Assembly: GCA_964631205.1 (NCBI GenBank)
Contig: CAZVWU010000005.1
Coordinates: 19,711 to 83,710 of the forward strand
Direction: 5' to 3'
Source: an uncultured archaeon
GTDB taxonomy: Archaea > Aenigmatarchaeota > Aenigmatarchaeia > QMZP01 > JACQNV01
DNA: 64,000 nt
Shown here: piece after piece, positions 19,001 to 27,587 of the stretch
Numbering within the stretch: position 1 is the first letter of the stretch
Layout: every line of letters starts with the position of its first letter
Notes under the pieces: generated by a model
The model's database searches: none
Told to the model about the DNA's origin: nothing
Seen by the model: the letters and a program-made list of their open reading frames with translations, nothing else
Program-made: the position numbers and the translations under genes

Positions 19001-21345
19001 CCCTCAAGCAGGCCATCGTAGGTAGTTCCTGTTTTTACAAAACTAATAGATTTACCATCAATGCTCCCAGCATAACCAGTTGCACTAAAAATAGTTCCGC
19101 CTGGATATAATGCTGGAGGTGGAATAGCTTGAATGCCTTCTATATCACTTCCTTTTACTGTTTTTATCTGCCCATTCCTTAAAACTCTAAAAGTGTTCTC
19201 ACCTGCTTTACTATTAGTGCCAACTTTGTCTATAAGCGTGGCCGGACCGCCAGACTCAAAAATCCCTTCATCAACTGTAACCTTTGTTCCAGGCGGCGGC
19301 GGATTATTTTCATCGAAGTTCCCAGCCGAACCAGGAAGATTCTCGTCATTTTGAGTCCATTCATACCAGCTCTTTACCCCGCCTGCAACGCTGCTGACAA
19401 TATCCGGGACGAAATCCTTTACCAGACCTACAATTGCCAGCCCTCCCACAATCAGAGACATCGTCGCCATTATCTTGGCATAGGTGACTGAGGTTTTGAC
19501 TATCTCGACGCATTCCTTGAGGATGTCTTTGGCATCGCCGACGCCAGCTTTGAGGTCGCTGAAGATGTCTCGGATTTCTTTTTCAGAAGTTTTTATTATT
19601 TCGTTCAGGCTTTTGACTGTCTGGGAGACTGAGATGTCCTGCAGGGTTGATTTTAGCTCGACTGATTTTTGGTTAGAGAGCCTGGCTTTTGCAAAAAGGA
19701 CGTTGTTCCTGATTGTGAAGTCGCCTTGCCTGCAGTCCTTAAACTTTTCCAGCTTGAACTCGCACTCTGTCCTTCCACCCGGAGCAGGCTTGCAGCCTGT
19801 GAGCGGTATGATTTTGTGGCCGAATGGTTTTCTCTCTTTTGGCCTTTTGAGCTTGGCGTCTTCAACAGCTTTCCTGCAGGCTTCCCTTGATTTTTCGTCT
19901 GACCTTATTTTGCTGCAGGTTTTTGTTTCCTGGGTCAGCAAAGCAACCTGCTGGAAACAGCTGTCCTTTATTTTGGCGTCGCTTATCCTATCGCATAAGG
20001 TGTGGTCCTGCAGGGACAGGGCTCCATTCGCAAAGCAGGCGTCCCTGTCTGGCTTGGCGCCTTTATCGCAGGTTGTTATGACATCGCTCCTTGTTGCCAA
20101 CGATTCAGTGTCCCTGTCCAGCTCAACCCAAACTTCATCAACCTGAGTCCCTGTTGGCACGCTTATAAGTTCATAAGTAAGCTTTGTCGGGTGCCTCCTT
20201 TCGCATGAAGTAAATTCAGTCTCTTCAAACCTCCCTACTATCCCTGTTTTTGTTTTGTCTATGCACAGGCCCGGGTCATTTTTGTTGTTCGCGTCAAAAC
20301 TGCATACCAGGTTAGGCTCACCACAACCGTCTGAAAAATCACGGCAGCAGTTCTCCCTTGTCTCGCCTGCATCCAGGTCAGGGACCCCATTCCCGCAATC
20401 AAGCTTTGGCTTTGGCGCAATTGTAAAAGGGTTCCCTATAAGATTGACTGTTGACGGGAAAACCAGCCCATACTCCTTTAAAATCTTTTCTGTGTCGACG
20501 AATCCTTCCCTATCTGTTTTCCTGACATCAAATTTTTCAGGCGTGTCTGCCTGGTCAATCCCGGATATATGGAGGCTTGCAATCTGCGAATTCGGGTCCT
20601 GGTTGATTTTGTTTGGTATTACCCTTGAAACCCAGCCTTTTGGGATGACATTTTTATTTTTTATAAAGTCTGCAGTCAGGTTGAGGAGCTTTGAATCAGA
20701 CAAGACCACATCCACACTGTCCAATTCATTATCCTGCAATATTTCCCAGTCGCTCTGGGAATTCCCTATACCATGCCTTTTTATGACGTCCCAATATCCA
20801 AACCACTGCCTTTTGCCTGCTATTTCCAATGTGGCGAATGTCAGCAGCCTTGCTTCCTGCTGGCCGAAATTAAGGGTGCCAACATCTTTTGCATTCGATA
20901 TGTCAAGCCAGTTTGCCTGGTAGTCAACAAAGGTCGAGAATTTAATTGCAGACTTCTTGTTTGCCTGGACTGACCGGATGCAGTCTGTTGGGTCCTGCAG
21001 CTTGAATTTTTCATCTATGCAGGGGATTATGTAAACATCATTTATCAGGACGCTTGGCTGGGAATTTATTTTAATCCCGATTGAAGTGAACTCCGGCTCC
21101 CATTGCCCTTGGACAGGGCTTTTGTCTTCAACTTTTATCTGCTTATTGACCAAGCTCGAAGGCGCTCCCAAGGAAACTGGAGTCGGCGGCTGCAACCTTG
21201 TTGATCCATCTGGCGCAAAGAAATTCACCTGGATTACTGTTGCAAAAGACTGGGCAGTTGAGAGCGGCAAGGTCAGCATCAAATAGATAGAGAAGACTAC
21301 AGCTGACAAAAATGCATTTTGCTTGCTAAAGATTTTTGCTTTCAT
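16090..21345 (-). CDS. Module protein B': giant (~1750 aa) secreted mosaic protein; paralogue of 6248..8773
   Basis: Likely start ATG 21345; shares PTDCIRS/PIDCIKS, FIK..VIPK.WVSRV/FIQ..MIPA.FVDRV, CGNG..GE..ENCC.D and ACGQDQV/VCGDENV with B; Cys-helical repeats DACF..ALSLQDHTLCDRI..KDSC. Confidence 0.8.
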   Translation of the reverse strand: MKAKIFSKQNAFLSAVVFSIYLMLTLPLSTAQSFATVIQVNFFAPDGSTRLQPPTPVSLGAPSSLVNKQIKVEDKSPVQGQWEPEFTSIGIKINSQPSVLINDVYIIPCIDEKFKLQDPTDCIRSVQANKKSAIKFSTFVDYQANWLDISNAKDVGTLNFGQQEARLLTFATLEIAGKRQWFGYWDVIKRHGIGNSQSDWEILQDNELDSVDVVLSDSKLLNLTADFIKNKNVIPKGWVSRVIPNKINQDPNSQIASLHISGIDQADTPEKFDVRKTDREGFVDTEKILKEYGLVFPSTVNLIGNPFTIAPKPKLDCGNGVPDLDAGETRENCCRDFSDGCGEPNLVCSFDANNKNDPGLCIDKTKTGIVGRFEETEFTSCERRHPTKLTYELISVPTGTQVDEVWVELDRDTESLATRSDVITTCDKGAKPDRDACFANGALSLQDHTLCDRISDAKIKDSCFQQVALLTQETKTCSKIRSDEKSREACRKAVEDAKLKRPKERKPFGHKIIPLTGCKPAPGGRTECEFKLEKFKDCRQGDFTIRNNVLFAKARLSNQKSVELKSTLQDISVSQTVKSLNEIIKTSEKEIRDIFSDLKAGVGDAKDILKECVEIVKTSVTYAKIMATMSLIVGGLAIVGLVKDFVPDIVSSVAGGVKSWYEWTQNDENLPGSAGNFDENNPPPPGTKVTVDEGIFESGGPATLIDKVGTNSKAGENTFRVLRNGQIKTVKGSDIEGIQAIPPPALYPGGTIFSATGYAGSIDGKSISFVKTGTTYDGLLEGHILSVDGEQNQYADDLVRIDPNKANLRATKLPQSAFHPQVISGLTPGTVTGIGDPKNPEARGNPITIINNAANQANDKGQNTAFTAIGAFLQGIGQLTTAGLAVCKVAETMMSIHTQMAKALTEIQSFMLCMDINIHNIGDGLCNGADPENPQQAGQAALNCVAQFTSCNNQYLGAASNTLQGLNNYVDQRTTDFQNYANQYRKIGFSMTAKNTQTGQNFERTNEACGQDQVIFELENGNNFVCGGNWDIKYRKQASGVTDALRTAVNNIDVRATNLETSYAVELRRIDRELEKPDYLGDKNALQNQKKKTLEGIESLAFEIQSQASRLADPNDKTITASAAVKNAAAQIEVEAKSIKDEIGKDTLTDIKLTQHTNIIKSKTSLILTGIKDATAEPRSLKQLLGLTAGPSSPQNAPAIFNIGDPADGEYVFEYDCPKLTQRESLTVTYRQDCSQLPGRNIAANIGQPLEGCPEEGKLWLVPSKELGVAIHGIRVDSTKSELTRTCEYRVNQKEAIVMLSNKKIQGEAVELENCLVEYGKKADYVGGAFSTGKSKRIVLKPDDAEAKIPDLDQGTYVVKYTCIPKSGDPEKRKIELDVDFGYSKADVSRSDTTKIGKSVFRNLKSATKIADLSPGDVMYFADTTKHPNAATIKNREQLKEGVLIAFSETGARPLAIENKNLKLSDPSISDIIDSIIIEEAVHPNTKTVGEFIGKKTGTVKFKQDSLSRGKFDSGVYSSLPFRVVSIQKEKGPDGKPTDNLIIKFKNDATNYEFELIREKTAQLIKDNINDLNSKSSSNTFAELQNNMIITFFPGHVKAAGNEKLRQNSDLTIKQATPIKDMLRLHFTDQSFEDFKNEATLEDEKIKEVKREIKVPHITVFDENFDGTKLSFKVKVENGEEHAEALLAIDNTDAKQKAIINNGRAELLVERESVTAGTSYKIKVKLEMGGIQGDVESNEVTVIAVPKSKPK

Positions 21346-21359
21346 ATGTTGGTTTATTC

Positions 21360-23480
21360 CTAAACAACACAACTTTTTATGGTAGTTGAATTGACTGGCA
21401 CGAAACTAAGCGGCAGCGAGACCCCCACCTGGTTGCCGCACTCGACAGTGACATTGATCAATTTAAGCCTTATTTGGGCTGAGGCAACCACGTTTTCTTC
21501 GATGACCCGCTGGTTTTCTGTGTCAGCTGCTTTTTGGTTTTTGACCTCAACAGGATCGTCTGGATCTACAGGGTTTGGCAGGGGCTTGTAAGGATAGCCT
21601 TCTGTCAAAACAGGGTTGTAGAACCACAGGTCTGTTGTCCCCTCTGGTATTTTCCCGGCAGCATCAAAGCCGCCGAGTATAGAATCTCCTTTTTGGACGA
21701 CTGTTGTTAAAGCGACATCCTCGAGGGTTGGGATTAAATTTGTAGTAAGCTCTTGGTCGCTTGTCTTCACAAAGAACGGCGCTGTTTCTCCGCCATATCC
21801 TATTGACAGTGTAAAGCTCTCTGAATTTGGCCTGACATCAGCAACAGTATAAACCCCTGCCCTTTCCACCATTTCCATGTTGAAGATATGGATTTTAACC
21901 AGGCTTAATCTTGCGAGCCTTATTGTTTTATCCTTGACTGAATCTGAGCTGGAAACCTCCTTGAACAGCTTGTGGTCTTTCTCAGTTATCTCCAGCTGGC
22001 TGATCCCGCAAGGGACAAGCGCTTCCAGGACGCCTTCGCTGTCTGTTTTCCCAAGCGGGCAATAAGAGTAGAAAACGTCCGCATCTGCCACAGCCCCTGC
22101 AGCATCCACGGCAGTTATTTTTGCAGGGCACCTTCCGACTGTGCACCTTTTGACTTCTTCATCAAAGAACCCTAACGTCAGGCCCAAGTCCTTCCAGTCA
22201 CCTGGCTTATACCCGTTCACAAATGTATGGAATGCAAATTTGAGTTTTAGATCTTCATCCCCAACTTCTGCCACAACAGGGAACAGCAAGAAGTATGAAA
22301 TCCTATAAGGTGGCGAGACGCAAAGGGTTGTATACCCAAAGTTTTCTGTCCTTATAATGACACGCCCTGGATCTTCGCCATTGTTCTGGAAAACCTGGAA
22401 GGACTTTTCGTCCAGCTCGTTTCCCAAAGAAAATTTCACATCAAGGTTTGTAAATACCGGCAATACTCCAGGCAGATAAGATGTCCTGTTAGTTATGCCC
22501 TTTGGGACCTTGCCAGCAGTATAGATGTTGTCGAGAGTGCCGGCTATCAGATCCTCGACATCAGGCTTTAGGCTGAACCAAGTCTTTACAATAGGAGGTG
22601 TCCCGCAACCTGTAAGGATCCCCTCGCTGGGTATTTTTGGCCTGCCAAATTCATCTGATTCTCGGTAGGCGCGTATTGAGTTTATTATAAACCTCTCAAA
22701 CAACCTGTTCTCTTCAACCCCGCTAACCCTATTCACAGGCTCGCCATCTTCATCGTAACCTGTGATCTGCAGCTCTTTTTTCTGGCTCTTCTCTATAAGC
22801 TCATTCCCAAAATTTATTGCCTTTCCAAGGCTCGAAGGGATTTTTACTTCTATAGGCTTGCCAAAGTCATAGCCCTCCACAGACACTGGCAGATCGATTT
22901 TTAACTGGACATCATTATCATTGATTTTAACTTCTACGCTCCGCGGGCTCCCTATCGAAACATCTTTTCCCTTTACACTTTGGTAGGACTTTGGGTCTAT
23001 TCCCTTTAAAGATTCTTTTAACCCGGCTGAAAGGGTTGCCTCAAAATCCGCCCTTGTCCTAGTTATGGTAGTGTTCCCGTACTGCCAGAATACAACTTTA
23101 TTTCCCAGATAATCAAGCGCGGGGGGCTTTGGATCAGAGTCGAGATCGAGATAGCCGCCGTTTTGGGCGATTTTCCTTATCAGCTGTGTTGCATCAGAAG
23201 AGATTCTTCGCTGGATGTCAGAGTTTAAGGAATTTTTCAGCGCAGAAACAGACTCAGGCTCTGGAGGCAGCAAGCTTATTGTTTTGGTTGCAAAGAGAAC
23301 CCCCACAACAGCAACAACCACTATACCTAATACAATTATAATTTCTGCCTGGCCTTTCAGCCCTTTTCTTCCCGAAGAAAAGTGTTGAGATCCCAAAAGA
23401 AGGGGGTTACCTATGCTGTTTTGTTTATTATTCCGGCCTTTCATATTCCTTGAGCTAGAAAAGAAAGAATTATTTTGCAT
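21360..23480 (-). CDS. Module protein A': class III signal peptide protein (alternative start ATG 23444)
   Basis: RKGLKG/QAEIIIVLGIVVVAVV; IAQNGGY; CPAKI..CPLGKTDSEG..CGISQL. Confidence 0.75.
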   Translation of the reverse strand: MQNNSFFSSSRNMKGRNNKQNSIGNPLLLGSQHFSSGRKGLKGQAEIIIVLGIVVVAVVGVLFATKTISLLPPEPESVSALKNSLNSDIQRRISSDATQLIRKIAQNGGYLDLDSDPKPPALDYLGNKVVFWQYGNTTITRTRADFEATLSAGLKESLKGIDPKSYQSVKGKDVSIGSPRSVEVKINDNDVQLKIDLPVSVEGYDFGKPIEVKIPSSLGKAINFGNELIEKSQKKELQITGYDEDGEPVNRVSGVEENRLFERFIINSIRAYRESDEFGRPKIPSEGILTGCGTPPIVKTWFSLKPDVEDLIAGTLDNIYTAGKVPKGITNRTSYLPGVLPVFTNLDVKFSLGNELDEKSFQVFQNNGEDPGRVIIRTENFGYTTLCVSPPYRISYFLLFPVVAEVGDEDLKLKFAFHTFVNGYKPGDWKDLGLTLGFFDEEVKRCTVGRCPAKITAVDAAGAVADADVFYSYCPLGKTDSEGVLEALVPCGISQLEITEKDHKLFKEVSSSDSVKDKTIRLARLSLVKIHIFNMEMVERAGVYTVADVRPNSESFTLSIGYGGETAPFFVKTSDQELTTNLIPTLEDVALTTVVQKGDSILGGFDAAGKIPEGTTDLWFYNPVLTEGYPYKPLPNPVDPDDPVEVKNQKAADTENQRVIEENVVASAQIRLKLINVTVECGNQVGVSLPLSFVPVNSTTIKSCVV
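23356..23398 (-). repeat. Hairpin element H3, in frame in the A' leader
   Basis: Minus strand TTTTGGGATCTCAACACTTTT..AAAAGGGCTGAA matches the intergenic copy at 8794. Confidence 0.7.
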
Positions 23481-23482
23481 AT

Positions 23483-23577
23483 TTTTCTAGTGCAGGTCTT
23501 TTGGCTTCAGCTGGAAATAGGTTTTTGACCGATTTGATTAGAAGACCTATTTCGTCCATTTAGCCAAAGAAGTGCAC
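23483..23577 (+). repeat. Hairpin element H1 with a nested H5 hairpin
   Basis: TTTTCTAGTGCAGGTCTTTTGGC...GCCAAAGAAGTGCAC; inner GAAATAGGTTTT/AAGACCTATTTC stem. Confidence 0.85.
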
Positions 23578-23631
23578 ACTATATAATTATCAGTTTTCTC
23601 TTATAAGCATGGATCTATAACAGTGTTATAT

Positions 23632-24117
23632 CTATTTCTCATAGACAATAAAAACAATATCAATGTCTTGCCCTCTTTTGGAGATTTTCTGGTTCACTTT
23701 ATATATGCCAGTCTTGTTTTCCAGGGCCTTGCTGAGTGGCGTGACAGTGTCTCCATATTTAAAGTAGTAGTCCAACTTCGGATCAAGTGTTTTTTGTATA
23801 TAGACATCAGTCAGCGCATCCGCTATCTCCTCGCACCTTGCATCACCGCATCTCCAGCTCGGGGTTGTCTGCGAGCAATAAAGGACATCGGCCACAGTCT
23901 TGCATTTTTCTATATCCCCTGAATAACCGCTGTCTGTCTTTAGAAGCGCTGTCACCAAGCTGTTTGCATGCAGTTTTATGTAGTCTTCCCCCCTAAAAAT
24001 GTCAGCAGTAGAGATAAGCAAAGCAATAGTGCCTATGCTTACCACAATAACCAGAACCAGAGTTATCAGCATTGTCTGCCCGTTCAGGCCTTTTCTGTTT
24101 GAAATTTCCGTTTTCAT
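23632..24117 (-). CDS. Type IV pilin-like (class III signal peptide) protein
   Basis: RKGLNG/QTMLITLVLVIVVSIG; Cys pairs. Confidence 0.7.
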   Translation of the reverse strand: MKTEISNRKGLNGQTMLITLVLVIVVSIGTIALLISTADIFRGEDYIKLHANSLVTALLKTDSGYSGDIEKCKTVADVLYCSQTTPSWRCGDARCEEIADALTDVYIQKTLDPKLDYYFKYGDTVTPLSKALENKTGIYKVNQKISKRGQDIDIVFIVYEK

Positions 24118-24135
24118 ATACTTCGTCTATTCACC

Positions 24136-24714
24136 TTAGGTTGGCACCCTGACTGTCATGAGGCCGAGATCGACCCTGTTTTCTATCGATCGGAATATAT
24201 TAACAGGTATTGATAAACCCCTGTTTTTTTTAGACTGTATGCTAAAGCAGATTTCTCTGCAGAATGTCCAGCTATTGCATCCTTTTTCCTGGCCAAAATT
24301 CAGCGGATCGCAATCGTTCTTTTCTTCGCCTAAAATAATTTTGTCAATTGTTACACATGCATCGCCGACAAGTTTTTTTATTTGCTCGCAGCCCTCCTTG
24401 TCATAAGGGCCTGTAAATGTGACTAGCTTTGAATCATCGAATATAAATTCCTCCTTTGTGAGAAAGCTTGCTTTGGCTACAAGGCTCGATGCTAACAGGA
24501 TTTTATGAATGTCCTCCTTGAAACTGGCTCCCTTGGATTTTGTTGACTCAAAACCAATAAAAAAGAAAAGCGCTGCTACAACAACCATCAGTATAAGGAC
24601 GGCCATCAGGAGATGCTCCATTATGCCGAACTGGCCCTTCAATTTTGAGGGAGGGGTGGGAACCGCAGGTTTCCACATGCCGAATTGTCCGCTTATTTTT
24701 TTTAAAAAAACCAT
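24136..24714 (-). CDS. Type IV pilin-like (class III signal peptide) protein
   Basis: KLKG/QFGIMEHLLMAVLILMVV; the GQFG motif is duplicated in the leader. Confidence 0.7.
   Translation of the reverse strand: MVFLKKISGQFGMWKPAVPTPPSKLKGQFGIMEHLLMAVLILMVVVAALFFFIGFESTKSKGASFKEDIHKILLASSLVAKASFLTKEEFIFDDSKLVTFTGPYDKEGCEQIKKLVGDACVTIDKIILGEEKNDCDPLNFGQEKGCNSWTFCREICFSIQSKKNRGLSIPVNIFRSIENRVDLGLMTVRVPT
24623..24690. repeat. Hairpin (H4) between 14-bp imperfect direct repeats
   Basis: ATGCCGAACTGGCC (24623) and ATGCCGAATTGTCC (24677) flank GTGGGAACC-GCA-GGTTTCCAC. Confidence 0.7.
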
Positions 24715-24786
24715 ACTTATATTTGGCTTTCCGTAAATATATTGTCCAATATTTGCAAAAGGCTTATAAAGCTTGGTGGCAATTTA

Positions 24787-25356
24787 ATGGATATGCTGAA
24801 AATAGGAGAAAAAGTTCCGGACTTTGAAACAGATGTATACCACAATGAACAGATTAGAAAAGTCAAGTCAGCAGACTTCAAAGGCAAATGGCTTGTCGTT
24901 ATGTTTTATCCAGCTGATTTCACTTTTGTATGTCCGACAGAGCTGGAGGAAGCTGCTTTGCTTTATGAGGAATTCAAGAAAGTCGGCGCAGAAATAATGA
25001 GCGTGAGCACAGATACAGGATATGTCCACAAGGCATGGCATGATGTCTCGCCTGCAATTAAAAAAATAAAATATCCCATGGCCGCAGACCCCACCGGAAA
25101 ATTGAGCAGGATGTTTGGGACCTACATGGAAGACACTGGCCTTGCGCTCAGGGGAACATTCATAATTGATCCGAATGGAGTTCTGAAAGCATATGAAATG
25201 CATGACCTGAGCATTGGAAGAAGCGCAGAAGAGACGCTGAGAAAATTGCAGGCTGCAAAATTTGTTGCTGAGAATGCAGGGCAGGTTTGCCCAGCTAACT
25301 GGAAGCCCGGGAAAAGCACATTGAAACCGGGATTGGATTTGGTGGGGAAGATATAG
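24787..25356 (+). CDS. ahpC: 2-Cys peroxiredoxin / alkyl hydroperoxide reductase C
   Basis: FYPADFTFVCPTEL, HKAWHD, GQVCPANWKPG. Confidence 0.95.
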   Translation: MDMLKIGEKVPDFETDVYHNEQIRKVKSADFKGKWLVVMFYPADFTFVCPTELEEAALLYEEFKKVGAEIMSVSTDTGYVHKAWHDVSPAIKKIKYPMAADPTGKLSRMFGTYMEDTGLALRGTFIIDPNGVLKAYEMHDLSIGRSAEETLRKLQAAKFVAENAGQVCPANWKPGKSTLKPGLDLVGKI

Positions 25357-25394
25357 AAAATTCTTTTTAGGGCAAAGAAGGAAAAGTGATTTAT

Positions 25395-25979
25395 ATGCAA
25401 TTCGAACCGAAAAATTTTGAGAGTTTGTTGGGTACTGCGGGATTTTCAGACATTCTTCTAAAAAACCATTTCACACTTTACCAAGGATATGTGACGAATA
25501 CGAACAAGCTGGCTGATGACTTAGCTGCTTCATTGAAAGCTGGCTGGGCAGGAACCCCCGGATATTCTGAACTGAAAAGGAGGTTTGGCTGGGAGTTTAA
25601 TGGGATGAGGTTGCATGAGCTGTATTTTGGGAATATGGTTAAGGGAGGCTCGCCTGTTGATAAAAATTCCCATCTGTTCAAAAAAATCGTGGAAGATTTC
25701 GGCTCATGGGAAAACTGGGAAAAAGATTTCAAGTCAACAGGTTCGATGCGCGGGATTGGGTGGACAATACTTTATTTTGACAAAAATTCCAACAGATTAT
25801 TCAATGTATGGGTGAATGAGCATGACTTTGGGCATCTTGCAGGATGCGTTCCGTTGCTGGTTCTTGATGTTTTCGAGCACGCATATATGATTGATTATGG
25901 ATTGAAAAAAGCGGATTATATTGAGGCTTTCTTTAAGGCGATTGATTGGAAGGCTGTGTCTGAAAGATTTAATTTGTAA
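25395..25979 (+). CDS. sod: Fe/Mn superoxide dismutase family protein
   Basis: HFTLYQGYV, NGMRLHELYF, LDVFEHAY metal-ligand motifs. Confidence 0.9.
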   Translation: MQFEPKNFESLLGTAGFSDILLKNHFTLYQGYVTNTNKLADDLAASLKAGWAGTPGYSELKRRFGWEFNGMRLHELYFGNMVKGGSPVDKNSHLFKKIVEDFGSWENWEKDFKSTGSMRGIGWTILYFDKNSNRLFNVWVNEHDFGHLAGCVPLLVLDVFEHAYMIDYGLKKADYIEAFFKAIDWKAVSERFNL

Positions 25980-25980
25980 A

Positions 25981-27459
25981 TTATTTTATATCGAGATTTT
26001 CGAGTTTATTTTTCTCAAAATCGAAAATCCTCACAAGGTGGTTGTTTGTGTCTGTAATATATAATTTTCCGTCCAGATATTTGACATCAGAAGGTTCCCA
26101 CAATCCAAGCACCTTGCACTCTTCATCACCAATCATGCAAACATTTGCCTCGATTTTTTTGATTACTGTGGAAACTTCCATTTTTTCCAAATCTATTTTC
26201 CTAATTGCATTATTGTAAGTGTCAGCAACATACAAAACGTTTTTGCCGCCTGCGCAAATCCCCAAAGGATGCTGGAAGAGAGCTTGTTTTGCAGGCCCGT
26301 CTTTGAATCCAAACTCAAACAGGCCCTTTCCGCTGACTGTTGAAACAAAATTATTTTTAATGTCTATTTTCCTTATCCCAGAAACTTCGCTGTCCGCCAT
26401 AAAAATATTTCCATCTAAAACAGCCAGGCCGGAAGGCTGCGCGAAAGAGGAATCTGATAACGTCCCGTCAATAATATCTTCCCTGCCGTCCCCTGCAAAA
26501 GGCCTGATAAAATCCGATTTTGGGTCAAAGACCCAGAGCTGGTGGGCTCCGGCCATTGCAATATAAATCATCCCATTCCTTCCAGCCAAATCCCATGGAG
26601 AGGATAAATCTGTCTCCTCCCCTTTTCCGCCAGCAGATCCCCAATAAGCTTGTTTGCCTGTCCCAGCAACAGTTTTTACTTTTTTATTTTTTAAATCTAT
26701 TAACCGGATGCAGTGGTTTTCTGTGTCTGCGACAAATATTTTATTTTCAAGGAATAATACTCCCTGCGGCCTGTTAAATTCCGCGTCTGAAAAATTTCCG
26801 TCTTTCATTCCCTTTTTTCCTGAGCCTGCTTCTTCAACAACTTTGCCTTTCAGGTCAACAACCAGAATTTTATTCCTGTTTGAATTGCTTAAGGCAAAAT
26901 ATTTTTTGCCAGGGGAAAACGAAAGTTTGCCTGGATAAGAAAGGGTTGGCTTATTTTTATTTTCCGGGATTTTTATTTCGATCTTCTTTTTTGCCAAAAT
27001 ATTTTTTTGGTCCTCCAGAATTGTGTCCACAAGCTCTATAATTTCATCCCTGTGGCCTTCGCCTGATGTTTTGAATATAATGTTTCCTTTTGTGTCAATT
27101 ACTGCTAAAGTCGGCCAGCCAGTAGCTTGATATTCATTCCACATTCTCATTTCTTTGTCCACAATTACCGGGTGTTTTATCTCATAACGAAGAATTGCCT
27201 GCCATATATTTTTTGGGTCAGCTTCCTGCTCAAATTTTGCAGAATGGACACCTATCACAACCACAGGCTGTTTTTTGTATTTTTCCTCGATATGCTCGAG
27301 ATCAGGCAGAATGTGCATGCAGTTTATGCAGCAATATGTCCAGAAATCAAGAATTATAACATGGCCTTTTAATTTCTCTAAAGACAGAGGTCTGTCTGTG
27401 TTTAGCCATCTGAAATTTTTTGGGAATTCCGGAGCTTTGGATATTTTATTCAGAAACAT
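25981..27459 (-). CDS. Thioredoxin-like plus NHL-repeat protein (NHLRC2-like)
   Basis: DFWTYCCINCMH, GVHSAKF, multiple F..P.G....YVADT.N..IR NHL repeats. Confidence 0.9.
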   Translation of the reverse strand: MFLNKISKAPEFPKNFRWLNTDRPLSLEKLKGHVIILDFWTYCCINCMHILPDLEHIEEKYKKQPVVVIGVHSAKFEQEADPKNIWQAILRYEIKHPVIVDKEMRMWNEYQATGWPTLAVIDTKGNIIFKTSGEGHRDEIIELVDTILEDQKNILAKKKIEIKIPENKNKPTLSYPGKLSFSPGKKYFALSNSNRNKILVVDLKGKVVEEAGSGKKGMKDGNFSDAEFNRPQGVLFLENKIFVADTENHCIRLIDLKNKKVKTVAGTGKQAYWGSAGGKGEETDLSSPWDLAGRNGMIYIAMAGAHQLWVFDPKSDFIRPFAGDGREDIIDGTLSDSSFAQPSGLAVLDGNIFMADSEVSGIRKIDIKNNFVSTVSGKGLFEFGFKDGPAKQALFQHPLGICAGGKNVLYVADTYNNAIRKIDLEKMEVSTVIKKIEANVCMIGDEECKVLGLWEPSDVKYLDGKLYITDTNNHLVRIFDFEKNKLENLDIK

Positions 27460-27466
27460 ATGTATA

Positions 27467-27516
27467 TGTTTTCTTTTGGGTTATAAGGCTTTTCTTTTAC
27501 AAAAGAAAAGGGTATA
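27467..27516 (+). repeat. Hairpin element H2
   Basis: TGTTTTCTTTTGGGTTATAAGG CTTTTCTTTT AC AAAAGAAAAG GGTATA; matches 29983-30030. Confidence 0.75.
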
Positions 27517-27583
27517 AATTCAGCCATTCAAAATCCTCCGGGAACTCTGGAGCTTTTTTTAATTTTTCAAAAAATCCAGACAT
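27497..27583 (-). pseudogene. Truncated diverged duplicate of the NHL gene N-terminus
   Basis: MSGFFEKLKKAPEFPEDFEWLNLYPFLL* versus MFLNKISKAPEFPKNFRWLN; homology stops at the H2 hairpin. Confidence 0.8.
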
Positions 27584-27587
27584 AGAA

